A stretch of DNA of 64,000 bases, taken from assembly GCA_963736855.1 (NCBI GenBank), contig CAVTQK010000009.1, positions 320,001-384,000 on the forward strand, in the 5' to 3' direction. Origin of the DNA: an uncultured delta proteobacterium (GTDB taxonomy: Bacteria > Desulfobacterota > Desulfobacteria > Desulfobacterales > UBA2156). A model generated the notes under the pieces. The model was given only the letters and a program-made list of their open reading frames with translations. It was not told the origin of the DNA and did not search any database. Shown one piece after another: positions 1 to 9,694 of the stretch (within the stretch, counting starts at the first letter, position 1; each line of letters opens with the position of its first letter). The position numbers and the translations under genes are program-made.

Positions 1-2
1 AA

Positions 3-1307
3 ACGGCCATTCCTTTTTTAGGTCCTTGCCGGATCCCTTCTCCCGCACACCGGATGAAAAGAGAACCTTTCAGGAAATGTTTCGTCACGGATTACGACCG
101 GGTCCTCCTCGACGTCAGTCTAATCCGCGTGGAGACCTTATTCAAAACAGGAGAGCCCCTGGCCGCCTTCGAAATGGCCGGACCGCGTGAGCAGATCTAT
201 TTCGACCCATCCAAGCTCAAATGTGCCCTGGTGACCTGCGGCGGACTCTGCCCTGGACTCAATGATGTCATTCGGTCCATCGTCCTGGAGCTGTATCACG
301 GATATGGTGTGGACAACATCTTCGGCATCCGATACGGATTGCGTGGCTTCATCTCCCGCTACGGTCACGACTTGATGCATCTGAATCCTGAGGCCGTAAG
401 GGGTATCCTGGACACCGGGGGTTCGATTTTGGGCTCATCCCGAGGCCCCCAGCCCATTGACGAGATCGTAGACTGCCTGGAGCGTCTGAACATCGGGATT
501 CTTTTTATGATCGGCGGAGATGGAACCCTGCTGGCCGCTGCAAAGATTGCGGATACCATTGCCGGGAGAGGACTGAAGATCGCTGTCGTGGGAATCCCCA
601 AGACCATCGACAATGATATTTTTCTCGTCTCCCGTTCCTTCGGCTTCGACACCGCCGTGGATGTGGCCACTCAAGCAATTCGCGGCGCCCATAAGGAATC
701 GGAAGGGTATCCCAACGGGATCGGCCTCATCAAGCTGATGGGCCGCTATTCCGGTTTTATCGCGGCCACCGCCACCTTAGCCCAGCAGGAAGTCAACTTC
801 GCCCTCATCCCGGAAGTGGACTTCGACCTGGAAGGCCGCAGCGGACTCCTCCAATCGCTGGAAGCCCGCCTGAACTCACGTGCCCATGCGGTGATCGTGG
901 TCGCCGAAGGGGCCGGCCAGAAGTTTTTTGAAGACACTCAAATAGACCAGGATGCTTCCGGAAATATCAAGTTGAAGGATATTGGGCTGTTCTTGAAAGA
1001 AAAGATTTCTGAATATTTTGTTTCCAGAGGAATCGATATTTCGCTAAAATATATCGACCCCAGCTATATGATCCGCAGCCTTCCGCCAAACACCAACGAT
1101 CGGATTTTTTGCAGCGCGCTGGCACGAAATGCCGTCCATGCAGGGATATCCGGAAAAACTCGAATGATGGTGGGGTATTGGAATGATCGGTTTGTCCACA
1201 TTCCCATGAAAGCATCGGCAGGACGTCGAAAGCAGGTTAATCCCCGAGGAGGGCTCTGGCAAAATGTCCTAGATGTCACCGGCCAGGGATCCCTCAAAAA
1301 CCATTGA
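3..1307 (+). CDS. pfkA: 6-phosphofructokinase (PfkA family), probably 5'-truncated by the window edge
   Basis: GGLCPGLN, LGSSRG, IGGDGT, PKTIDND, MGRYSG and YIDPSYMIRS motifs. The frame is open upstream of ATG 54 to the window start (TAIPFLGPCRIPSP). Confidence 0.93.
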   Translation, partial: TAIPFLGPCRIPSPAHRMKREPFRKCFVTDYDRVLLDVSLIRVETLFKTGEPLAAFEMAGPREQIYFDPSKLKCALVTCGGLCPGLNDVIRSIVLELYHGYGVDNIFGIRYGLRGFISRYGHDLMHLNPEAVRGILDTGGSILGSSRGPQPIDEIVDCLERLNIGILFMIGGDGTLLAAAKIADTIAGRGLKIAVVGIPKTIDNDIFLVSRSFGFDTAVDVATQAIRGAHKESEGYPNGIGLIKLMGRYSGFIAATATLAQQEVNFALIPEVDFDLEGRSGLLQSLEARLNSRAHAVIVVAEGAGQKFFEDTQIDQDASGNIKLKDIGLFLKEKISEYFVSRGIDISLKYIDPSYMIRSLPPNTNDRIFCSALARNAVHAGISGKTRMMVGYWNDRFVHIPMKASAGRRKQVNPRGGLWQNVLDVTGQGSLKNH

Positions 1308-1501
1308 ACTATTGCAGCGATCGTACAATTCAAGCTGTCGACTTGAGTCGCCAGTAAAACGCGGCTTCTTCTTAGAAGGAAAATAGGGGCAAACGAATCG
1401 TACGGCTTGAAAAACGACGTCCTCTTTGAAGGCATTGTCATAAGCAGAGCGTTTTGTTATATTTCGAAACTCAAAAAAATAATTAATTAAGAGGATAACA
1501 A

Positions 1502-1897
1502 ATGATGTGGAAAAAATTGAAATGGATAAAATATCTGCCTCTAGTCTTATTACTAGTCCTTTTCTGGTCACTATTAAGAGTCAACAATGTGGTGGACTTT
1601 TCCGGAGGAATCGCGGCTTCGATACTCACTTTGGTCTGCTTTGTGGTTATTGCCATTGAATTTTCAAAGAGCGGGGATATCACTCTTGGTTTTTTCATTT
1701 GGGAAGTCATAACCTCTGTAGCAGCCACCATTGTGGGAACTGCAACCTTTACCTTAATATTTTCCCACAACAGCAGTTTTTACCTGCAGGATGTTTTTAT
1801 GGGTCTTCTGATCCTGTTTGACGCTGTATTCAGTGTCGTAAACTCATTCAGGACCGCCTTAAGGAACTGGGCAGCGTCGATAGGCCCTGGAGCATGA
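1502..1897 (+). CDS. hypothetical membrane protein (about 4 hydrophobic segments)
   Basis: 131-aa ORF with GAGGA RBS; visibly AT-richer than flanks; no family recognised. Confidence 0.7.
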   Translation: MMWKKLKWIKYLPLVLLLVLFWSLLRVNNVVDFSGGIAASILTLVCFVVIAIEFSKSGDITLGFFIWEVITSVAATIVGTATFTLIFSHNSSFYLQDVFMGLLILFDAVFSVVNSFRTALRNWAASIGPGA

Positions 1898-2019
1898 CAT
1901 CATTTGAGATAGTCAGAGGCCGTGCGTATTGAGTGTCTAGAGTCCGGGTCGGATTGTAGCGCGTTGCTACAGTCAAAAGGATCCGTTTTTGTGCATACAT
2001 TATCAGCAAGGAGATTCAA

Positions 2020-3096
2020 ATGAAAAAATGGATTTGCATTCTGTTAGTTGCACTGTTCGGGATCGCTCTGCCGGCTATCGCCGCGGATCCTGCTAAGTCT
2101 CCAACCATTCAAGGAAAGATCAAGATCAAGTACAACACTCGGACCCAAATCGATGACGCCGGCGCCCCAAAAGTCGGGGTAAAAGATGTTTACACCATTG
2201 ATATGGCTGTTACCGATACCTTGCTGTACCAGGGTTCCGTGGAATTTCTCCCGCTTATACCGGGGACTCTATCGGCGAAGCAGCCGGCGACCCTTACATA
2301 CAATCTAAATATGCTGGTGCGTAACCCTGCGAATCTTAGTGAAACCCGCTCCGTAGGGAAGTTGGTCGGTGGAGTTCCTATTACCGCCAAAGGAGTTTAC
2401 GAGTATGAATCCGGTACGTTAAGAACGGCTGTGGAATCCATGGGTAAATCGGTTGGTTTTTCCAGCTCTTTCAAGGGAAGTGCCGAAGGGCGTCCCCTGG
2501 GTGAAGCCGGGTTGCTCGAGCGGGCCAAAAATAAGCTTCAAACCATTAAAAAACAAGTTAAGGGAAAAACAATCACCCTGACTTTGACCAACTATGATTT
2601 GATGACTTATAATAGTTTGATACTTGCAGCCGGCCCTTTGAAGAGCTATCCCGATACGACTGTGAACGGACAAATGTTTTATGATCCGGAACGCGGTGTG
2701 TGGTTCTTTAACGGTGTGACTTTGGCCTACGTAGCTGAAGGCAAGAACATCACGGACAAACTCTCCGGTAACATCCGATGGGTGGAAGACCCCCAAAGAA
2801 AAACAAACGGCCTTGGAGAATATCAATTTGATGTCAGATTCAACGAACCGGAAGTGAAAACCACTGAATCGGAGGTTTTTGCAAAGGCAGATGATGAGGC
2901 CGCGTTCTTCTCCACGGACACGAGTTTGGCATGCATGACCGGTACCGCTAAGTATAAAGATACGATGCTCCGGGACACGGTAACGGCTTCTGAAATCGAT
3001 ATTTCTCTCGTCGGCAACAACCTCAACAAGCAACAAGTCGTCAATGCTTTCAAGCTGATTTGGCTGGTCAATATTGTGCCGATGAACGCGGAGTAA
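2020..3096 (+). CDS. hypothetical exported protein
   Basis: 358 aa, AAGGAG RBS, Sec-type signal peptide (MKKWICILLVALFGIALPAIA); family not recognised. Confidence 0.8.
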   Translation: MKKWICILLVALFGIALPAIAADPAKSPTIQGKIKIKYNTRTQIDDAGAPKVGVKDVYTIDMAVTDTLLYQGSVEFLPLIPGTLSAKQPATLTYNLNMLVRNPANLSETRSVGKLVGGVPITAKGVYEYESGTLRTAVESMGKSVGFSSSFKGSAEGRPLGEAGLLERAKNKLQTIKKQVKGKTITLTLTNYDLMTYNSLILAAGPLKSYPDTTVNGQMFYDPERGVWFFNGVTLAYVAEGKNITDKLSGNIRWVEDPQRKTNGLGEYQFDVRFNEPEVKTTESEVFAKADDEAAFFSTDTSLACMTGTAKYKDTMLRDTVTASEIDISLVGNNLNKQQVVNAFKLIWLVNIVPMNAE

Positions 3097-3262
3097 TCCG
3101 TTTTATTGTAAGGACCCATCAGGTACTTTAGAGGTTGTTAAGGAGAGGCTCTTAACTTGCTGTTTATGCGGAAGGGCGGAGCCTCTCCAAAAATCGACCG
3201 GGTCGGCATGTCCCTTTATATTCACTTTCATACTCCTTCTCCCTCAGAATATAGCAGCTTAT

Positions 3263-3925
3263 ATGCACCTTAACCCTCTTTTCAGTTCTTCTGGAGCATT
3301 ATTAACCCAACCCGGAATAAAGGAGATGTCAACAATGCAGCGATTTCCAACGACACCGACGCGTTTCATCAGCTACCTGAAACGATACGCCGATTTCGGG
3401 TTGTTGATACCCTGGGTTGCTCTGATCCTGCTGGTAGGATTCGGTGCCGTTCCGGCACACGCCCAAGTCTCCCGGACCCCGGATCCGGTGAATGCCTGTT
3501 CTCTTTTGGTTGCTTCGGAGGTTGAAGCGATAATCGGCGGACCTGTCGGCGAACCGAAAAAAACGCATAAGGAACAAAAATCATCCGGCTTCTGGATGTC
3601 CATGTGCCAGTACTATAGCGAAAAAAAAGAGATCAGCGTGGGCATCACCGTTAAACCCCATGGCAAAAAGGTTGACGGTGCGCAAGCATTTACCCAACAT
3701 GAAGCCGATCTCAGGAAAGCACTCGGCAATAATTACAAGATGGAAATCGTGCCGGAAATCGGCGATCGCGCAGGATGGGAAGCAAGCACCAAACAATTGA
3801 CCATCTTTCAAGGTCCTTTAATGGTTATTGTCGGAATTGTCAGCCCAAAACTCGGGGGAAAGGAGGCCTTGGATATGAGCAGCCGTTTTGCTGAAAAGGT
3901 AGTGGTAAAGCTTCCCCGCCAATGA
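3263..3925 (+). CDS. hypothetical exported protein (DUF3558-like); start uncertain
   Basis: Hydrophobic segment followed by 'ACSLL..EVEAIIG...CQY...VPEIGDRA'; the true start may be nearer 3326-3335 after AAGGAG. Confidence 0.65.
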   Translation: MHLNPLFSSSGALLTQPGIKEMSTMQRFPTTPTRFISYLKRYADFGLLIPWVALILLVGFGAVPAHAQVSRTPDPVNACSLLVASEVEAIIGGPVGEPKKTHKEQKSSGFWMSMCQYYSEKKEISVGITVKPHGKKVDGAQAFTQHEADLRKALGNNYKMEIVPEIGDRAGWEASTKQLTIFQGPLMVIVGIVSPKLGGKEALDMSSRFAEKVVVKLPRQ

Positions 3926-4108
3926 TCCCGACATAGACGCCATGACGGTCTGAAAGAGGCAGGCATTTTCTAAAACCCGCCTATGCCCCCAGACATATCC
4001 AGAAAGAAGGATCTCTCTCTGAGACTTCAGCTAAGCAAGGGAGGCCCCTGATAACCTCCAAAATCGGGTCGTCTGAAAAAACCAGATCGTGAACAAGGGG
4101 TCGAAGGT

Positions 4109-5173
4109 ATGAATAACGATACAACCGAAAGATATGATATCGAACCCGGCCAGGATTGGGAAGTGGGCCTCTTCCGGCCGGAGGATGCGGAAGGCGTTGT
4201 ACGCATCTTTCGCTCGGTTTACGGAGATGGGTATCCCGTCAGGACCTATGTTGATTCACAACTATTAACCAAAGAGAATGCCGCCCGCACGATCATATCG
4301 AGTGTAGCCAGGACCCCGCGAGGGGACGTGGTCGGCCACAACGCTTTGTTCAACAGCGCCGCACACCCGGGGACTTACGAGGTCGGGGCAGGGGTGGTGC
4401 ATGCGGCCTACCGCGGAGGAAAAGGGATTTTCACACGGATGGTGGACCACGGCCTGGAAGTGGCAACAACCTTTCCCCAAGTAAACGCCGTATTCGGCGA
4501 ACCGGTCTGCAACCATATTTACAGCCAAAAACTGGTGGACAGGGCGGGTTTTGTTCTTCGGGCGCTGGAGGTGGACCTGATGCCTGCTGCAGCTTTTGAA
4601 AAAGAGGCCAGCGCCGCAGGCCGTGTGGCTGCTTTTCTAGCCTTTAGGACATATCGGCCCAAGCCCCACATGGTCTATCTGCCGGCTGTATATTTAGATA
4701 TTCTCCGTTTCCTCTATGACAATCTGGACGATGACCGGGATTTCCGCTTATCCGAAGATGCGGTCCCTCCCGGTACCGTTTCCGATATCAGGCCTCGGGT
4801 CTTCGACTTTGCCGGTGTGGCACGGGTTGCGGTCCATAAACCAGGGGTGGATTTTTCATCCGAGATGGACGGATTGGAAAGGGAACTCCGGGAAAGACAC
4901 GTTCAGGTGATCCAGATATGGCTGAACCTGGCATATCCCTGGGTGGGAGAGTCGGTCGAGACCTTGAGAAGACGCGGCTATTTCCTCGGAGGCGCGCTTC
5001 CCCGCTGGTTTGACAGCGATGGTCTATTGATGCAAAAAATTCTCAAGAGGCCGGACTGGGAACAAATCTGCTTATACGGTGACCGTGCCGCGGAGATCCT
5101 GAAACAGGTTCTCGCAGACTGGAAACGCAGCATCCAAGAAGAAAATAAACCCTGCAGTTGCATAAAAACATGA
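4109..5173 (+). CDS. GNAT-family N-acetyltransferase-like protein
   Basis: 'VHAAYRGGKGI' acetyl-CoA motif A-like segment; 'VCNHIYSQK' motif. Confidence 0.75.
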   Translation: MNNDTTERYDIEPGQDWEVGLFRPEDAEGVVRIFRSVYGDGYPVRTYVDSQLLTKENAARTIISSVARTPRGDVVGHNALFNSAAHPGTYEVGAGVVHAAYRGGKGIFTRMVDHGLEVATTFPQVNAVFGEPVCNHIYSQKLVDRAGFVLRALEVDLMPAAAFEKEASAAGRVAAFLAFRTYRPKPHMVYLPAVYLDILRFLYDNLDDDRDFRLSEDAVPPGTVSDIRPRVFDFAGVARVAVHKPGVDFSSEMDGLERELRERHVQVIQIWLNLAYPWVGESVETLRRRGYFLGGALPRWFDSDGLLMQKILKRPDWEQICLYGDRAAEILKQVLADWKRSIQEENKPCSCIKT

Positions 5174-5294
5174 CAAGGAATAGAAAAAAAGAATGATAAC
5201 AGGGCACTTGGATACGTTTAGGCATGGTTCGCAAATAAACTTTTGGTAACTTCTACAACAAATTAAAAATTTGTCATGTTTTTTACCCGGAGGG

Positions 5295-5402
5295 AAAGCC
5301 GAAAATGCCCCATCTCCTGCGTTGCCAAGGGCTCGCAGTAAAATACTACGGCTTCGCCCTTGGACGCCTTGGATCTGGGACATCCTCGGCTTTTGCAACA
5401 GC
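5295..5402. repeat. structured MITE-like intergenic repeat (related to 54642-54794 and 26526-26567)
   Basis: Nested inverted repeats GCCGA..TCGGC and CCAAGGGC..GCCCTTGG; shares CCCATCT(C/G)CTGCGTTGC and CGCCTTG(G/C)ATCTG with the 54642 element; ends TTTTGCAACAGC. Confidence 0.65.
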
Positions 5403-5412
5403 AGGGTAAAGA

Positions 5413-5907
5413 TTACGATCCGTTATTAATATGATTGCACAGGTTTTGTATCCATTCTCCTGCCCAGTGGGTGAGCAGAATCACTATAACACCGATGAAA
5501 AGGTGTTCGCCGATAATTTTCCAGGCAGGCTCATTCTGTGATTTGGCGATCCTGTAGCTTAAAATCGTGAGAATCAGCATGCCCCAAACCAAGCTGATGA
5601 CAATGGCTGTAGAAAGGGGAAAAAAGAACACCGGGACGACAAAAGTCATGGCGAATAAAAATTTGGCTAAAAAAGTCGCCACGGTGGCCGCCCAGACCTG
5701 AACGGGGGTATGCACGTTCTCCGCTTCTTCCGAAACGTGGATTCCCAGAGCATCGGAAAAGGCGTCGGCGATGGCAATCGTTAAGATGCCGGCTAAAACT
5801 ACGACCTTGGAGTGGGTTCCGGAATGAAGCCCCACCATCAGGCCGAGAGTGGTGATGACCGCCGACGTCAGCCCGAATGTAATTCCCTTTCGTAATGAAT
5901 CCTTCAT
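5413..5907 (-). CDS. VIT1/CCC1-like membrane protein
   Basis: 'FGLTSAVITTLG...IAIADAFSDALGIHVSEE' pattern; about 5 TM segments. Confidence 0.8.
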   Translation of the reverse strand: MKDSLRKGITFGLTSAVITTLGLMVGLHSGTHSKVVVLAGILTIAIADAFSDALGIHVSEEAENVHTPVQVWAATVATFLAKFLFAMTFVVPVFFFPLSTAIVISLVWGMLILTILSYRIAKSQNEPAWKIIGEHLFIGVIVILLTHWAGEWIQNLCNHINNGS

Positions 5908-5968
5908 GGCGTTTTCCCGGCTTATTAAACCTGCTGCCGCAAGGGATTTCGGTTAAAACGGTGCCGTT

Positions 5969-6244
5969 TCATCCAATCTTCTTTTCCTTGTTGAGGCGGG
6001 CCCTGATGTATGGCCAATGCAGAAAAAGATGGATTCCGATGATGAAAATAAATGCCAGCGCCGTCCACTCATGGACTCCCATCAGGAAATGCCGCAAGGA
6101 AAAGAGAAATCCTCCTTCGCCCCGAAAGCCCCTCGGAAGCAGGAAGGCGTTGATCAGGCCGGTTGTTGCTAAAATTGAGAATAGAACAAAAGACACGATG
6201 TTGACCTGCCAGAGTTTTGCGGCCCTGTTTTTCATATTTTCCAT
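5969..6244 (-). CDS. DUF4405-like small membrane protein
   Basis: Two TM segments with 'HEW...IHLFLHW'. Confidence 0.75.
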   Translation of the reverse strand: MENMKNRAAKLWQVNIVSFVLFSILATTGLINAFLLPRGFRGEGGFLFSLRHFLMGVHEWTALAFIFIIGIHLFLHWPYIRARLNKEKKIG

Positions 6245-6291
6245 TCTCTCATGTTCCTTTCCATATCTTCACGGCAGCGGCTATAGGTCGT

Positions 6292-7656
6292 TCATCCCTT
6301 TTCCTGAAGCCTAACCTCTCCTCCACACCTCTTTCTTCCATTTTTACTCAACAGATTCCGGATGACATCGGCATGCCTTCTGGCGGCTCCCCTGTTCAGG
6401 GCCAGAGATTGACCGGCACGGCAACCCATGGCGCGGGCCTGGTCAGGATGCCGCAACAGGTGAAGCGCTTTTACGGCCAGTTCGTCGATATCCTTGACCT
6501 GGATACCACCGCCGGTTTGATCCAGAATCTCTTTGGCATCCAGGAAATCCTCCATGGAGGGCCCATATAGGATCGGCTTTCCCCACACCGCCGCCTCCAA
6601 TACGTTCTGTCCTCCCGTCGGAACGAGGCTTCCACCGCAAAAGACCACGTCCGCAATACCGTAAACCGACTGAAGCTCGCCGATCGTATCCAGAATCACA
6701 ACCTGGGCCCTTCGCGGAAATCCGCTTCCGAAAAGTTCGGTCCTGAGTTGACATGAAAACCCCCGGGCCCTGACCCTTTGTGCGATATGCCGGACCCGTT
6801 CGATGTGCCGTGGAGCTAAAATGAGCACAGTATTTGGGACCTCACGCACGATTCGGGCATAGGCGCTCAAGACCATGGCATCCTCTTCGCCTCGGATGCT
6901 CCCTGCAATGAATACCGGAGTCTCCTCGGAAATTCCATACAGGGTTCGCATGCGGTTTTTTCCCGAATCAAGGGCATATTCTGTCGGGATATCGAATTTG
7001 GCATTGCCGTGGATCTCAATACGATCCGCCGGGGCTCCCATCAGGGAGATCCGCCGGGCGTCGGACTCCCGGATCATGCTGAAGGCATCCATCCGGGCTA
7101 AAAGGTCTTGCATCAAGGGCCGAATCTTCAGGTATCTATCGATGGACCGGATCGAAATCCGGCCGTTGACCAGTGCTGTTCTGATCCCCATTCGGCAGGC
7201 CTCCATCAGCCAGTTGGGCCACAATTCCGTCTCTACGCACGCCAAGACATCCGGCTGCAGGGAGGCCAGAGCCCGGCGTGTGGTCAATACCAGATCGATG
7301 GGGGCAAATACGCAGGTGGTCCGCGCTTTTAAAGAAGTGCCGGCAATCCGGTTTTCGGCATATCTGCGGCCATGCTCTGTGATGGTGGAAAGAATCAGTC
7401 TGCATCCGGGAACAAGATCCTGAAGGACATGTAAAATGGAAAAGGCAACGCTGACCTCACCCACGGACGCTGCATGGATCCAGATCCTCGGTGCGACGTC
7501 CCCCCGACGATGCAGGTTTTCCGGGTAGTGTCCGAAGCGCTCACTCATCCCGTCGCGATATCGACCGCTCATCCTGGAATAGATCCAAAATGGGGGGAAC
7601 AGGGCAAGGAACAGTCCGGATGTAATCCCGTTATAGGCCATGTGATAGGGATTCAT
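6292..7656 (-). CDS. waaA: 3-deoxy-D-manno-octulosonic acid (Kdo) transferase
   Basis: IWIHAASVGE, ETELWPN, APRHIER, DTIGEL, GGSLVPTGGQN motifs. Confidence 0.95.
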   Translation of the reverse strand: MNPYHMAYNGITSGLFLALFPPFWIYSRMSGRYRDGMSERFGHYPENLHRRGDVAPRIWIHAASVGEVSVAFSILHVLQDLVPGCRLILSTITEHGRRYAENRIAGTSLKARTTCVFAPIDLVLTTRRALASLQPDVLACVETELWPNWLMEACRMGIRTALVNGRISIRSIDRYLKIRPLMQDLLARMDAFSMIRESDARRISLMGAPADRIEIHGNAKFDIPTEYALDSGKNRMRTLYGISEETPVFIAGSIRGEEDAMVLSAYARIVREVPNTVLILAPRHIERVRHIAQRVRARGFSCQLRTELFGSGFPRRAQVVILDTIGELQSVYGIADVVFCGGSLVPTGGQNVLEAAVWGKPILYGPSMEDFLDAKEILDQTGGGIQVKDIDELAVKALHLLRHPDQARAMGCRAGQSLALNRGAARRHADVIRNLLSKNGRKRCGGEVRLQEKG

Positions 7657-7671
7657 ACATTCTCTTCGTTC

Positions 7672-9672
7672 TCAATGGACTTCGACGAACCGGTCTCCTT
7701 TCACACGGAATGGAAAAAGTCTCTTTATGGCTTCACCCTCGGAGTCGAAAGACGTGGGACCGGTCAAACCCTGGAACCCCGAAAGCCTGAGGATTTCGCC
7801 TTTCAACTGGCTTCGGGAACGGATATGCGGCTTCATGGCTGCTTCGAGAATGATCCGGGTGGTGTCGTAGGCCACGGCTTCCATAAATCCCGGTTTTTCT
7901 CCGTACACGGCCTCAAAGCGTTCCACAAAGGACTTCGTCGGTTCGGAAATGCTGTGCACATTGAAGCCGTCCGTCATCATGGCACCCTGGGCGTACTTCT
8001 GAGCCATATCGAGAAGTTTTTGGGAATGCCAAAGGTTGGTTCCCAAAAGATAAACTTCCCGGATTTCATTGTAGGTAAGCTGTGGCAAAATGAGCCCTGC
8101 TTTATCGGGTGCATCCGGAATGAACAGGGCTTGGAAATCGATGTAGGGAGCACCCTTTTTTCTGAAGCGGACCATCGGAGATGCATGAACCGTCCCGGTT
8201 TCTCCTTGCATCTCCCCTGTTTCAGCATCCACTTGCGGCTTTAATTCCCATTCAGGCACCGCGGTCCGCTCTATTTCATCCGGTACATGGTAATAAAGCC
8301 CTACCAGCTTCTTAATGGGATCCGAGAAATCCGTCTGATCCGCAGAATAGGATTCCACTCCCACCATCGTGCCGCCGTGAGTGATGACTGCATCCCAAAA
8401 AAGGTTCATGAGGGTATCCCCGTAACTTTCTTCGGGGTACAAGACGGCAAACCGGGTCAGTCCCAATTTTTTAGCACAATAGCCCACCAGGGTTTCCACC
8501 TGCATTCTAGGGGTCATGAAGTTCCGGAAAACATAATCCCCGGATTTGGGAATATTCTCTTTTTGCGTCAGCGTGATGATCGGGATCTTCAGCTTCTGGG
8601 CCTCAGCGGCGGCTGATTCAGCCTCGGCGATGGGGCCGATGACTGCGGCTACCCCGGCCTGTACTAACTCTCGAATTCCGGTTTTGGCGCTCTCCGGATC
8701 GGAACGGGTATCCTTAACGATCAATTTCATCTGCGGATGTCCAGGGCCGGTGGAACAGTCGGCCAGGGCCATTTCAATGCCCCTCAAGGCCTTTTTACCA
8801 TAGGTCTGGTAAGACCCGCTGAGGGGCAGGAGACAACCCACCGAATGTCGATCAAAGGCGATGGTTGAAGTCAGCTTCTCCATAAGCACCCGGGCTTTTC
8901 CATCCGGATCGTGCCCAGGATTTCGATCCAGGAAATCCTTGAGGGCATCTACGGCCTCCTCAGAGTTTTCCGAAGCCTCGGCATTTATCCCAAACGCAAC
9001 CACGAGTCGACTCTTCAGGACCGGATCATCGGTGCGCCGCATGAGAATTCGGATGGCATCATTGTCCATCTTTCCAATGGCCTCTTCCATGCGGGAAAGG
9101 ATCTTATCCCGGTCAGACCCGATGGCGGCGGCGTGAAATCCCATCAGGTAATATCCGACGGCGTCGAAAAACAATCCTGAAACAAGATACGTATCTCCTA
9201 AAAGTGTGAAAAGCCGCCTTTGCATTGAATCCGGCAGGTCCTTTAGCAGCAGAGCAGGGGCTTCCCGGATCACCCGATCATAGTTTCCCTTTTGATAATC
9301 GGACTCCAGGACCTCCACCCGGGCCTCCGAAATGAAACGGCTTTCCGGATACGTCTGAATCAGTTTTTCATACGCCAGGCGCGCGGCGTCGGAATCCCCG
9401 AGCATCTTTCTTATTGTCCCGATTCTCATCAAGGCTGTATCCGCATCCGGTTCCCGGGGAAAGCGTTTCATGTAGGATTCAAAGGCCACCAGTGATTCCG
9501 GATAGGATCCGGATTCAAACAGATTTTCGGCTTTCTGGAATAGGTTGTGCCCGGTCCCTTCAGCCGGCGGAGTTCTTTTGGCCGGTTCGACCGGAATCAC
9601 CACTTTTTGCATGCAACCCGAAAGCAAAAATGCCAAAAAAAGGATCCCCCAGGTCAGCCGTCCAAAAATCAT
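7672..9672 (-). CDS. penicillin-binding protein activator (LpoA/LppC-like) lipoprotein with TPR domain
   Basis: Lipobox LSGC after ATG 9672; TPR repeats; 'GCLLPLSG', 'VIGP' and 'GLTGPTSF' periplasmic-binding fold motifs. Confidence 0.85.
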   Translation of the reverse strand: MIFGRLTWGILFLAFLLSGCMQKVVIPVEPAKRTPPAEGTGHNLFQKAENLFESGSYPESLVAFESYMKRFPREPDADTALMRIGTIRKMLGDSDAARLAYEKLIQTYPESRFISEARVEVLESDYQKGNYDRVIREAPALLLKDLPDSMQRRLFTLLGDTYLVSGLFFDAVGYYLMGFHAAAIGSDRDKILSRMEEAIGKMDNDAIRILMRRTDDPVLKSRLVVAFGINAEASENSEEAVDALKDFLDRNPGHDPDGKARVLMEKLTSTIAFDRHSVGCLLPLSGSYQTYGKKALRGIEMALADCSTGPGHPQMKLIVKDTRSDPESAKTGIRELVQAGVAAVIGPIAEAESAAAEAQKLKIPIITLTQKENIPKSGDYVFRNFMTPRMQVETLVGYCAKKLGLTRFAVLYPEESYGDTLMNLFWDAVITHGGTMVGVESYSADQTDFSDPIKKLVGLYYHVPDEIERTAVPEWELKPQVDAETGEMQGETGTVHASPMVRFRKKGAPYIDFQALFIPDAPDKAGLILPQLTYNEIREVYLLGTNLWHSQKLLDMAQKYAQGAMMTDGFNVHSISEPTKSFVERFEAVYGEKPGFMEAVAYDTTRIILEAAMKPHIRSRSQLKGEILRLSGFQGLTGPTSFDSEGEAIKRLFPFRVKGDRFVEVH

Positions 9673-9694
9673 TTCCTTTTCGTTTCGAAGCCGG

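Noticed and set aside
1385..1440. GGGGCAAAC... resembling a c-di-GMP-I riboswitch
   Set aside because: The GAAA-capped stem, GACGCAAAG junction and second stem are missing.
5150..5173. GNAT C-terminus CSCIKT-TGA as possible Sec
   Set aside because: No downstream hairpin or plausible coding continuation; treated as a normal stop.
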